The position numbers were made by a program, and so were the translations under genes. From positions 186,001-250,000 of the forward strand of contig RSEE01000009.1 in the NCBI GenBank assembly GCA_003971905.1: DNA of 64,000 bases, written 5' to 3'. The notes under the pieces were generated by a model, which had not been told where the DNA came from, searched no databases, and saw only the letters and a list, made by a program, of their open reading frames with translations. This document shows positions 51,701-63,515 of the stretch, one piece after another. Source of the DNA: Moniliella sp. 'wahieum'. Its lineage: Eukaryota. Positions within the stretch are counted from its first letter, which is position 1. Each line of letters starts with the position of its first letter.

Positions 51701-54700
51701 AGGTTTGGTGAACCAGTCAGGGAGATGGTGTGCACCTGGAGTGTAGTGGACTTTAATTTCGCCTCGGTGGATGCGTTCCCGCACCTCGTGGTACGAGACG
51801 TCAATCTCCCGTATTTTGCCTAGGCTGCCGAGCTTTTCGGCCAACGCTTTGGCAGCGGTGTTGTCAACAAAGAGCTCAATCGGGTGATTAGCCTTGCAGA
51901 CACCAAGTTCAAACAGTATGTTGCGAATGAATAGAGCATCTCGAAGGCCATCTCCCATGGCTAGGTATTCAGATGCTGCTGTGTTGCTCACACCTTGATT
52001 TTGGGACTTGGAGCCCCAGGATACAGGCACACCGAAAACAAAAACAACATGGCCCGAAACGGAGTGAGAGTTGCTCTTGTCTGATGCAAAGGAGGCATCG
52101 GTGTGCAGCTCGAGTAGAGGGCGAGATCGGTTGGGTGTGAGGCACAAAGAGTAGTCAGACGTACCGGCGAAGAAACGTAATAGGTCCTCCGCTGCGCGTC
52201 GGTGGGCGGCGGACGGGTCGTCCATAAACCGCGCTAAAAAGGTAGCCGCAAAGAGGGCATCAGGCCGGGACATACGAGCCGCCCACAAGCTGGATCCGAC
52301 AATAGAACGGTAGGCACGGTGCTCGTCTCGAGTGGCACGCTTTTCGTGTTCGGGTCGCTTGGGAGGCGGAAGTTGGTGGCCGATTGGAAGGTAGCGGGGC
52401 CGGTGAGGTGATATGTCATGCGCGGCAAGCGTCTCAGCGATGAATTTGGGTTGGCTGATGTACAGTCGTCCATCGATACGGTCGTATTGGCAGCCGAGAT
52501 GGAAACGTAGGGGGCCGTTGGACTTAATTTGGATGCTGCGCCTTAATTCCACTAAGAATTCATCATACGCTTCTTGGGACCGACACGCGACCAAAAAGTC
52601 GTCAGTGTGGACGGCGATTAGGATCAGGCCAAGAGGTTCGGTGCGACGTATGAACAGGCAAGGCTCTGATTTTAGGCTAGTGAAGTGGAGTCGGTCGCAA
52701 AGGAAAGTGCGGAGCCAATCTCCAAAGTTGGCCCCGCTCTGGTGCAGGCCATAGAGACTTTTCTTGAGTCTCCAGCAATGACCGGGCGCTTCTGGGAAGA
52801 AGGGGGGTGGTCGAACATAGACGAGCTCGTTGATATCGGCATAGAGGTAGGCAGCTTCCACATCGGCAGAAAATAAGTGGAGGCCATCAGCTTCGGCCAA
52901 CGCAATTAGCGTGTTGACGGCAGCAGTACGAACGGCAGGAGCAAAAGATTTCGCCCATGTGCCAGGAACTTGCCGGTGCCCTCCCACAACGTAGCGGGCA
53001 CGGTACTTGAGGAAGTTAGCATCCGCATCCGTCTTAGTACCTATGACCCACATGCCGGGAAGGGGTTTGATCCCTGGGGGGATGGGTACAACTTCCTTCA
53101 CGTCACGCTCGTCAAAACGCCGAAGCTCGAGGCGCATTGCCTCGAGTACGCCATCAAAGGCAGGGTGACCCACCAACTTCTTGATGTTCTTGGGGGCCAC
53201 CGGGACCCCATCGGTGGTCAGTATGACCTCGGTGTCACTTGCCGCGGATTCGATTGCGAGTGCAATGGGGGGCGAGCTTGGCTCCGAAGCAGGTAGCATG
53301 GATGTGTCCGGCGCTGGTCCGAAAATACTCACCAAAGCCTGCATTCCTAGGGCGGAGAGGGCGGCCGGGTTGCCAAAGATGCTAGGGGCCTTGTTGACGA
53401 GCAGGGAAAAGGTGCCATCGCGCAAATTGTCGTTGGCTGGAATGGACAGGTCGAGGGGTGGAGCGTTGATACGCGCTTGGCGAACGGGATTGCGACGCAC
53501 GAGTGCGGGGACGGCTGTATCGGTCAGGGGCACGGTCACGGGGGCGAGCGTGTCGGTGGGGGAGAGAGGGGAGGGGGATAGGGCGGGAGAGGAAGGGGAA
53601 GTGGAAGAGGGAGGGGAAAGCAGGACTTGGTGGCCAGTGTCAACGGCATCTTCTGTGATAGTTTCATTTTCTTCGGCTTGCTTTGCCTGGCGTTGTGCCA
53701 TGCCTGCGGGGTCAGATGCAACAGGTTGGGGGGATACATGTGGGGGGTTGGAGTTGGTGGGAGTGGGGCCAGGCTCTGAATTCTCATTTTCGTTGGCTTG
53801 AGCCGGGCGATGTGCCTCTGTTTTTCGTTCTTTTAATTTTCTTTTTCCATGGGGGGCATTGTCTTTCTTACCATTAGTATCGCGGGTCAGTTCATCTATC
53901 GCAAAACGCACACGCCGGGGTGGGGAGCTGTCTGACTTCCCACCAGCACCCATTTCTCCGCCCCCCCGCACCTCTCCGCCACCAGCAGGGACAAGGGGGT
54001 CCAGATGAAAGTGCGTGGGATATTCGGTGGTGTACGGGACATGCGTCCAGGTGGACGGCTTTTTCCAACGGAATCCAACTTGGCCGTCGTCCTGGTGGAT
54101 GGCAAAGAGCCACCCCTTCGAACCGCGGCCGTGCCCGTAACCCACCAACATTGCTGGGACGGCCCGCGGACCAAGTTTGCCGCCCTCGCGTTGGTTGGGC
54201 AATAGGTGCAGGTAGGCAAGAGTGCCAAAACCGCGCATGCGAAGGGAGGGTTTGAAGCCATGGTACCGGACAAATCGGCTGTCCCCACCCAGTGCTTTCG
54301 GCGGCGACTGGTTGTGTGCATATGTGGCCGCCAACAAGCTGTGTTCCCACCACTCGTCGGGAGTCAATCTGTTGGCGATTACCATGAGTCGAGCGCGATC
54401 CGTAATCGATCTTATGGCGCGTTCGGCGACCCCATTGGACGCACTTTCGCCAGGATTGGTGCGCTCGCTCACTACTCCCAGCTCGCAGTAAAACTCGTCC
54501 ATTGCGGTGGTGAGTTCAGGCGCATTGTCAGAGCGGACCGTCTGAAGGGGGCGGTCGGGATGTTGGCGATGCTCGCGCCGGATGAAGGCTTGAAGTTCGG
54601 CTGTGGCATCACCCTTGGACACCAGGGGTAGCGTCCAGGTATACCGCGTAAAGTCGTCGACAATGATAAGGGCGTAAGTATGACCCCGCCGCCTTGGCGG

Positions 54701-57336
54701 GATATGTCAAGGACGTCGAGGTGGAGGAGAGAGAAAGGGCGAATGGTTCGGATTGGGCGTCCAGTCGTGGCGTGGGGTGGGGCAGTGGCTCTGCTTAATG
54801 CGCATGGTGCACAGTGCCACGAGGACCGGACTAAAGCGATGTCGCCACTGTTGACCCGTTCGAATGCTGGGTCATCCGACGTGAGGGATGAAAGTTGATC
54901 TAGAGGTGCATGATTCCATCGGATGTGGGCGTTTTTCACCTTGACCAGGGTTGCATCAAGGTTGAGTAGCGAAGTGGCGCTGTTGGCTGTGGCTGTCGTA
55001 TTGGGCGCCAGAGTAAGGGAATAGCTTGAGTCGGCGGCGAGACGAAAAGGTTCGCCGTGTCGTCCGAGATAGAGACCATGGCCACCTGGAGGGATCCAGC
55101 TGCCAATGCCTGCGATAGATAGATGGTAAGCGCTGAGCAGGTTGGTCGGGAAGGTGGGGCAGTACAAGCTGCCGGGTAGGTGGATGCGGATAGGGGCTCC
55201 GTTCTGGGTTTGAATGTACATAGAGATGGTGCCAATGCCTTCAGTGTATGCGATCTGTCCGTTTGCCACTGCTATGGGCTCGCGGTGTGGACGAAGATTG
55301 ATAAACGCACTTCGTTCATTGAATACGGATGGTCTCGCACCTGAATCGTGTTGCGCAGGGAGGTTGGCTGGCTTGGGTGGTGTAGTGGCTGCCATAGGGG
55401 TTACTGCATGGGCAGATGAGGTGGTCTGGGCTGTCGTAGCCGGCCGGCTAAAGTGGCCGCCACGTTGGCCACCACGGTGACTTCCTCTGTACCCGCTGCC
55501 ACCTCGGCCTCGTCCGCGGCCTGTCACCGTACTGCTTGTTTGGCTGTGCGACGTGGCTTCCGAAGGGGCCGTACTGGAGGGAGCTGGGCTTGAACTGGAG
55601 GTACTGCCGTAGTTGGAGCCTTTGAGTTCGCTCACTGCTCGGCGCAATTCGGCGTAGCTGCTGTTACGATGGAGGTGCAACCACCCCTGATCAGTAACGC
55701 CTTTCCGTAGCATCTGTGCTAGACCAATCTCGTCCAGCTTGGACTTGGACGTCATCTCGTACTGGGTTACCGCCACAGTGAACTCATTCAGGTATTGGCG
55801 GCCCGACTTGGTGCCCATTTTGAGAGTGAGAACCTTTATGAGGATATCACAGATCTCAGTGTCTGAAACGGTGCCGTACAAATCACGCAGAGCATGATAG
55901 TATGCAGACCCTAGAGCCGGCGTGCCATCGCCGGTGATCTGCTGGACGACGTCGGAGTCTATCCACGGGAGTAGAATGTTGGCCAAGTGAGCGTCCAGTT
56001 CTGCGTTATACCCGTCCAGGGCCTTGCCCTGTTCCAGATGCTCACGCGCTCCAGGGATAATCTGGATACGAGGGAGGAAGATCCGGGTCCATAACCAAAA
56101 CGAGCTGTTGTTGTGGAAACGCTCGTGGTACGGCACGTTGCTGCGAGTGGCACTACGGAGGAGCTTGTCGGGAGTCAAAGCCCACGGGTTGTCGTCGACG
56201 GCCGGAGTTGACGATAAGGCACCTTCGTTCTTGCTAGCATTGGGTGGATTCTCACATGATAACATGACAATGGCTTCTGTGGTCGTCTTTTCGCTGTACC
56301 CAAGCTTGATACCAGTGTCCTGTAGCTGTTTGAGGGTGATGTGTTCGGGAAACAATTTGAACATGTTGCGAATGCGGTCGGCGAGGGTGGCGACGTCGTT
56401 CGCGGTGTTGTCGGGGCCCACGGGGGTGGGTTGAGGTGTAGGGGTAGATTCACGCGATGGTGTCAGCGGCGGGGAGGCGTGGTCAACTCCGACGGGAGTG
56501 GTGCTCTCTTCTGCTCCGGCAGTTGGTGAAGTAGGGGTTGAGGAGTTGAACCAAGACTCCTGAGTCTGAGAGCTCATGATGCTTGCCATTAGCTTACGCA
56601 GTTCGAGCAAGCGCTTGTGGATAGGGCCGGCAGCGGAGGACCGAAGAGTGTAAGAGTGGAAGGCTCAGGGCTGAGCGTCAAGAGGATTGTAACTCTGTAA
56701 GACCGGAGGAACCCAAGGGATTGGGTGAAGAACCTCTGGAAATGTAGAGCAATGCAATCGCGATGGTGGTGGTTAAGGTCTAAGCCTTGTGCCACACCTA
56801 GAGACAGGGGTTCAGACAAGCCTGAGTATACACGTGGAGGCTTCGGAGGACAAATCAGGGGTGAAGGGTGATGAGGCGCCTTGGCCTAAGTACGGGACCA
56901 CGGGTCCCAACAGGTTGCGGTAAAGCAGGATGCGGGTTGGTTGGATGAGTTTATCTCACGCCCAAATGGGGAGGTCGAGTTGGTTTCGCGCCCGCCAACG
57001 ACGAATATCGGTTTTCGTCGCTCCATGTTGCGGATTATATATTTGCCCCCTTGCGCTTGGTCCTGGCTAGCCTTGTGTTCCTGCTGGACCGTCTTGTGCT
57101 CTACTAGTTCGGTCTTCGCCCAGCGCAAGTGTCTTACCGTGATTGTAACGCAATACCCACGTGTGTGTGGCGTCCGACGTCCTACTCTGCGCCCTACAGT
57201 GGAGGGAGACGCAGCCGGTCGGTGTAGCAAATGTCCGAATGTTCAAGCTTCAAGGCTTCAAGCTTCAAGCTTCACTGGTGACGTCACCGGCCGGATCCAA
57301 ATGTGGGTCTGCTGTATGCAATTTTGCAACGACTGA
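48791..57336 (+). CDS. Hypothetical (membrane?) protein interrupted by the Copia element
   Basis: Chain of + strand ORFs over 48791-51357. Removing the element and one TSD joins ...EAREAVV to AVKQDAGWLDEFISRPNGEVELV in frame with ORF 56941..57336. Confidence 0.45.
51353..56912 (-). mobile_element. Full-length Ty1/Copia LTR retrotransposon, 5560 bp
   Basis: Identical 217-bp LTRs at 51353-51569 and 56696-56912, TSD GGTTG (51348-52 and 56913-17), domain order gag-PR-INT-RT-RH, G-rich PPT at about 51570-51577. Confidence 0.97.
51635..56610 (-). CDS. Copia Gag-Pol polyprotein (one frameshift in a G run near 54685)
   Basis: PR DSGA; integrase HIRWNH..CAPC, LHLDV, IVDDFTRYTW, RSDNAPE, NGVAERAIR; RT KYRARYVVGG, LKKSLYGLHQSG, HTDD; RNase H HTDASFA, VDNTAA. 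Confidence 0.95.
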
Positions 57337-57534
57337 CTCGGGAGTAATAACGCCACCTTTGGATAAAGCACAGTTTGAGGTGCTAGGGTTAGCTGTGAAT
57401 CGCCAGACTTTTTTTTCCGCTCCACGAACTTCTCCGATGCGGACTTAGAGCGCTTAGCCTGCAAGGTTGTGAGGACAACTTGCGTCTCCTCGGAGCTCTC
57501 AGATCCAACCCCTTTGCCTGAACCCACCACCACC

Positions 57535-59370
57535 ATGCCCTCATCACCCCTTGCCACAAATCCGCCCTCATCCTGGATCGTGCAGAAGTACGGAGGAACA
57601 AGTGTTGGCAAATTCCTCCCCACGATCGTTAGGGACATCGTGCCGTCTTACCGTGCTTCACACCGTGTGGCCGTGGTCTGCTCAGCTCGCTCGGGCAAAA
57701 CCAAGGCACTCGGGACGACCAACTTGCTTCTCCAAGCTGCTCGCCAGGCCCTGGAAGAAGAAGACAACGACCCCCCCTCGCTTTCGGCCTCGTTTGCCTC
57801 GCTCGGATCTGTTCCCTCCACACCGGCACGCCGACCTTCGGCGCGTGGGCTGGAAACGCGTCTGTCACATCTAGCTAATGCCTCCCCCTCCCCCTCCCCT
57901 TCTAGGGGCGAATCATCCCCCGCGGTGAATGTGCCTGCATATCAGGCCACGGTCGACCGGATCCTTGAGGATCATCTTGAATCTGCAAGGGCCAACGTAA
58001 AGAACCCAGAGCTGCTCGCGCAGCTCGAGCAGGACCTTACGGAGGATTGCTCACGTCTGCGTGACTTTTTACTTGCTGCCCGTGTATGTTTTTTCACTTG
58101 TTCTGTCATTGACGGTCTTATTTCTGTTTGGGACACGAGCTGACGAGCGTGGTAGATCATTGAGGAGATTTCGCCCCGGACCAAGGATGTGATCATGGGC
58201 TTGGGCGAGCGGCTGTCCTGTCGCATCGTTTCATATGCGTTGCAAGACAGCGGTGTTCCCTCGACGCTCATCACGCTGGAAAACGTGATTGATCACCATT
58301 TCATGGAGGAGTCGGGTTTGGCCAGCAAAATTGAGGCGGCGGGGGGGAGGTGTTCTTGGATCACACGTTTTACTCCCGTCTCTCTGCGCGGTTGGGTGAG
58401 CTGCTGCGGGAGGTGCCACCGGGCCATGTTCCTGTTGTGACAGGGTACTTTGGCAATGTTCCAGGCTCAATTCTAGCCCAAGTGGGCAGAGGGTATACCG
58501 ATCTTTGTGCGGCTTTGTGCGCTGTGGGTGTGGGGGCCGAGGAACTTCAGATCTGGAAAGAGGTCGACGGTGTATTTACCGCGGACCCAAGGAAGGTGCC
58601 CTCGGCTCGTCTTATCCCCGCCATTTCGCCCGAAGAGGCAGCCGAGTTGACTTACTACGGATCGGAGGTCATCCATCCCTTCACCATGGAGCAGGCCATC
58701 CGAGAGGCCATCCGATCCGCATCAAGAATGTGGAAAACCCCAAGGGACAAGGGACGGTGATTGTGCCCACTCCGTCGCAGGACCATGGTGTGGATGGCCA
58801 TGTGACACAGCCTGCTACACCATTGGCCAGTGGTGCCGTTACCCCCACTCACGCTTTACCCCCTCCCTTCGAAGGAAAACAAGCGCAAACTCCTACGGCC
58901 GTTACGATCAAGGATGATGTTGTGGTCCTCAACGTGCACTCTAACCGTAAGACCATCTCGCACGACTTTTTCGCCCGCATCTTTTCGGTTCTCAATCGGT
59001 ACGGCGTCGTGGTCGACCTGATTGCCACCTCAGAAGTTCACGTCTCCATGGCTATCTCGGGCACGACGCGCCACCTTAACCGGGTCAAGGCGGATCTTTC
59101 CCGATTGGGAATGTGTCGGTGATCCGGGACATGGCATCGTATCCCTTGTTGGCAAGGAATGCCGAGCGCCATCGGTGTGGCAGGCAAGATGTTCACCACC
59201 CTCGCCGAAGGCAACATTAACATTGAGCTCATCTCCCAAGGTGCTTCCGAGATCTCGATCTCAACGGCCATCCACCGCAGAGTGCGCTCAAAGCGGTCAA
59301 TCTGATCCACTCCGCAGTACTAGAGGTTGATCCACCGGAAGCCGAGACGTCCGGGCGATCTGTCTTCTAA
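57535..59370 (+). CDS. HOM3: Aspartokinase
   Basis: WIVQKYGGTSVGKF, VCSARS, GLGERLS, GRGYTDLCAAL, IWKEVDGVFTADPRKVP, ELTYYGSEVIHP, and ACT domains. Confidence 0.96.
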
Positions 59371-61108
59371 ACTAAAACATACCCTCTCTTGAGGCCATGG
59401 TGCTTGACAGCAATAATTAATGACGATGATTCTCTCCAGCTCTGGATGAGCACATTTATGCATCGTTCACACCGGCGAAGAACGCTAAGCGGTAATTTGT
59501 TGCGACGGTTCGGACTAGTGACTAGCGCCGGAAGCTTCGCCCTTCACCAGTCTCGCAGCCATTCCAGTCTCAGGGCTCCAGCCCTCAGTGCCTCAGCCTC
59601 ACTACCATCTATAAGACTCCGTGGACTCCGAAGGGTGTTGTGAGATGCGCGTGGCCGCAGCATAAGCCAGCCACTGGTAGCCTTTCCTCTTTTTATGGCT
59701 CTCCGTCCCAGTGCTTATTATCACCAAAACGTCTCTCTTTCCTCGCCTGCAATCGATCACCTACAATATACGCTACTGTCCTATACCAACAGCTTCACCA
59801 TCGACACAGGTTAAATGATGTTCTGTACGGATGAGGCTCGTGGCTGTTATTTCGCTAGCCCTTCATGGAACGCATGAAACAGACTGTGAAAGTGGCGAAG
59901 AAGACGACGGTGCAAATGAATCATCGAGAACCGGCCAAATATACTGAGGTACAGGGGGTGGATAGCCAACGGCAGAGTGTGGGGGGTCATTTTTCGAAAG
60001 GATTGCAAGCCTGCGGATAATAGTACTAGAGGTTCTTCCGACCCTTAGCCCTCTCCAGGTCAAGGACCACCTGAGGGCCTACGTGATGTTTGCACGTCAG
60101 CTAAGAATTGATGAGAGCGCGAGCAAGAGCGAGCACCCGCGAGTGAGCGCGAGCGAGGCCACGATACCACAGGAGCACTGGGCCGCAGACAAAATATCAC
60201 AATCCGCCGTGGCGTTTTATTGCTGCCTACTAAGTACTACCATGATGCAGTTACAGTTGCTGTTACGCCTTAGTCCACCTGCTGTACCGTACCGATCAAC
60301 ACGGCCGGGCGGGGAACAGGATCGTCTTTGCGGCAGCGCACACCAATGCATTTACCACTCGCTCCTTTCCTCTGTGGAAACAGGGCCTCGTCAGAGTAAT
60401 GGCTCTCTCGGGTAAAAGGTGAGCTCACTCTGTTTTTAGAAAAAGGGGGGGTGGGTTTGTGTAACGATAACTACTAAAAAGAATATGCATTTATGTGCAA
60501 CTCCGATCGAGAAGAAGCAGCGACATTGACGGATCACACACATTCCCACAGGATGTGGGTATGATCCTTGCTCTAGATCTTCCTTGCCCCCTTTGTGTCT
60601 CTTTCCCCTCATCACGCGTGGTCTACCGTGTGATAGCTTCTCCTTCTCCTCTGGTATATAAGGCGCCATTCCATGCAGCCTGAATGAATACCTGTCGGCA
60701 TCCGAAGCAATCTCCCTCCCACAGACATCCAACACAGGATGTGGTGTGACAGATAGTCAGGGACGTTGATCAAAAGTTTGCATTTCGCCCTTCCACCCAG
60801 AATGGTACATAGGCGGATAATACATATATGCCACGTTGTGCATGATGGGGGGTGCAGATTCATGTTGGAGATGCAGCGTTCTGTTGGGTAGGTCGTTTTG
60901 CATCCTTTGACAGTCGATATGATCGAGATGATCGGCGCACACAGTTTTAGTACCCACAGTGTCGCCTTCGCCATTCCAGGGGGAGCACAAGCATATAAAT
61001 AACCACAGGCTGTACCCACAAGCATTTAGTACCCCAACTAAATTTTTCCCTTCACTCCTCCCCCACACACTGCACAGTAAAATATCTCAATCCAGTGTCT
61101 ATTCCGCT

Positions 61109-62020
61109 ATGCGTTTCACCTCACTTTCTTTGTGTCTTCTTGCCATCGCGTTGGCCGCGAGTACGTTCAAACGCCTTTTCTTGATCAACCCGAACGAGAA
61201 TCAAGAAGCTGATATTGGTTCAAACAACAGAGGCCCAGCTGGATTATGAAGATCCGCTTCTGGCAGCCGCCCAAGGGGCGAGCTCGGCCGTGGCTGCCGC
61301 CACCACCGTTCTTCCTCGCCAACACAATTGGTTCCACGGTGTAGGCCAGCCGCTCCACCGTCGACATGGGAGCAAGATTGGGGTACAAGTGCCATCCCCT
61401 CCTCTTGCGCGTGATGGATTCCAAGCCGGAGGAAGCGTCAGTGCCAGCTTCCCTTCCATCTCGCAATTAACGTCGCAGATTCTGCAGCAGCTGCCCAAGT
61501 CACCCTCTCTTGATGATATCTCTTCTGCACTGCAGAAGACACTGAGTAACTTTGAGGGAATTGCTCCTCAGCCGGGCGAGATCATATTTTCGGTTCAACC
61601 CGTTGTGAGCCAGGCAGGTCAGAACGCTTCCCTGCCCAGGTTACATCCATTGTTCAGCAGGCCATCACTTCCCTTCCGTCAGATGTTGCTTCCAAGTTCC
61701 CCCTTCCGTCACTGAGTCTGGCCAAGCGGGACTTGAAGGCGTCCTTCTCTTTCTCCGCGAGCGGGGATTTCTCTCTGCCCACCCAGGTGCTTTCCATGGC
61801 AGAAGGCATCTCTTCGTTGGGAACCGAAGCTGCTGCTGCTCCTACCCAGGCCGCTTCGTCCGTTGCGGATGTCCTGTCTTCTCAGCTGGGCAAGCTTCCT
61901 GCCCCTTCAGTTGTGGCCTCCGTCGAGGAGAGATCATGCCCAAGATCTCGGTTTCGGCGCTTTCCCCCAATCAGATTCTCTCGGCCGCTTCAGCCGTCGT
62001 ACCTCAAGCTTGAGGCTTGA
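61109..62020 (+). CDS. Putative secreted Ser/Ala/Pro-rich protein
   Basis: Signal peptide MRFTSLSLCLLAIALAA, intron gtacgt..gctgat..aacag, TATAAAT at about 60994. 3' end uncertain. Confidence 0.5.
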
Positions 62021-63515
62021 AGTTTGATCATCTTTTCATCTATTTTCTCCCCTCTGTTTTCTTTCCATTTTTCGTCTACGAGAAGTACCACTCTGTGAGA
62101 GGGTAGTGCTGTGGTTTCCCTGCACAGTTCTCAAGTTGGTTGTTGATGTTCGCCTAACTGTCGGCTCAAAGGGTTCTGGTCGCAGGCTGATGTACACCCT
62201 CTATTACTCTTACTCGCTCCATCTCCTGCCTCTCTCTTCTGTCTCCTTTCCGTCAGACAGGGTTGCGGCACCCTCTTTTGCCTTAACGCCTTGTTTTGAA
62301 GGCTACTTCGCAGCTGACCTTGTACGATCCTCTCCGTCGAGTGATCTCAAAACATTGCACTCCACCACTCTCCTACTGTTGTTTCCCACGTCTTTTCATT
62401 GATCCAATTTAAAAGCATATCAGGAGTACGCATACCGGCCGTAGGCCCGGGTGGTCCTCTAGTACTCTCATATCTCCACACGCGAGCTCCACGTCCACCT
62501 ACTAGTATGATAGGTTTGTGGTTTGTGTGGTGTTAATTCAATGTGGCGAGAGAAAGAAGCTGGTGCCACGGGATCTGTGCGCATTTGAGATGTGGCTGGT
62601 GGCATGTGCCGACCCTCAGCAACCACATGGAGCAGGGACTTCGTTGGACGTTGACGATAAAACCAGCTTGGGACGCAATTAAGTTGACATTCGTTGGGCG
62701 AGTTGTGGATGCTTTGGGGGTCAGCTATATCGACAGTTAGATGTTACAACCCGCTTCATGCTAGCGTCAGGCCTCGGGCTCAGGCTGTGGCCTCGGGCTG
62801 AGGTCGGCTGCGCACTCGGATGCAGCTGACGCTTCAAAAGCTTCAAGCTTCAAGAGCTTCAAGGCTCTTGAAGCTTCAAGTGTCAGATGTGACATGTGAC
62901 ATGCCCCATGTGACATGCCATTTGTCACTAGGTCGCAGGCGAGCTCAGCCTCATCGGCCTCGCGCCTGAGCCTCAGGCGGTATAGGGTACCCTGTTGGAT
63001 CGGCCGGATGCAGCACACTGCCCCCAGGCGAGGTGCTTCTTGCGGGCGCCTGCCTGCGTGCTTTACGCCGGGCCTCCCACTTCAAGCTCCAAGCTTCATC
63101 GATCATCTCACAGCCCCCCTGGGGGTGGCTCTGTACACTCCGCGCACACTCAGTACTCACGGCAGCACTGCGCTGAGTTGAGCGCGCTGAGCGCAACATG
63201 CGACACTCGGCCTTAGCGCTTAGCGCCCTTGACTTCGCAGCAGCCTTGCCGGAGCGCAGTCACTAGTCAGCTAGTCAGACGCCAAGAAGGCTTGGCGCTA
63301 CCCCGCGATGCTGATGAGCACACGTGACGCGTGCCGAGGGCTTTTCCACAGCACTGAGCGCGGGACACATTATGGCCGCTGCAGAGACCAACCGGGGTCC
63401 GTCATCGATCCGTCATCCGTCATCGAACCATAAACACTTTAACCCCTTCTTCGCCAGACCTTGCCCGCCCAGTCACTGTCGCCTCGTTTCCCCCCCGCCA
63501 ACTAGGGCAGAGAAG

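Noticed and set aside
54660..54700. Programmed frameshift in the Copia polyprotein
   Set aside because: It falls inside the integrase core at a G run, not at the gag/pol boundary, so it is probably a sequencing error.
57241..57275. (TTCAAGC)n read as heat-shock elements
   Set aside because: The spacing does not give alternating nGAAn/nTTCn pentamers. It is better explained as part of the TSA-palindrome pattern.
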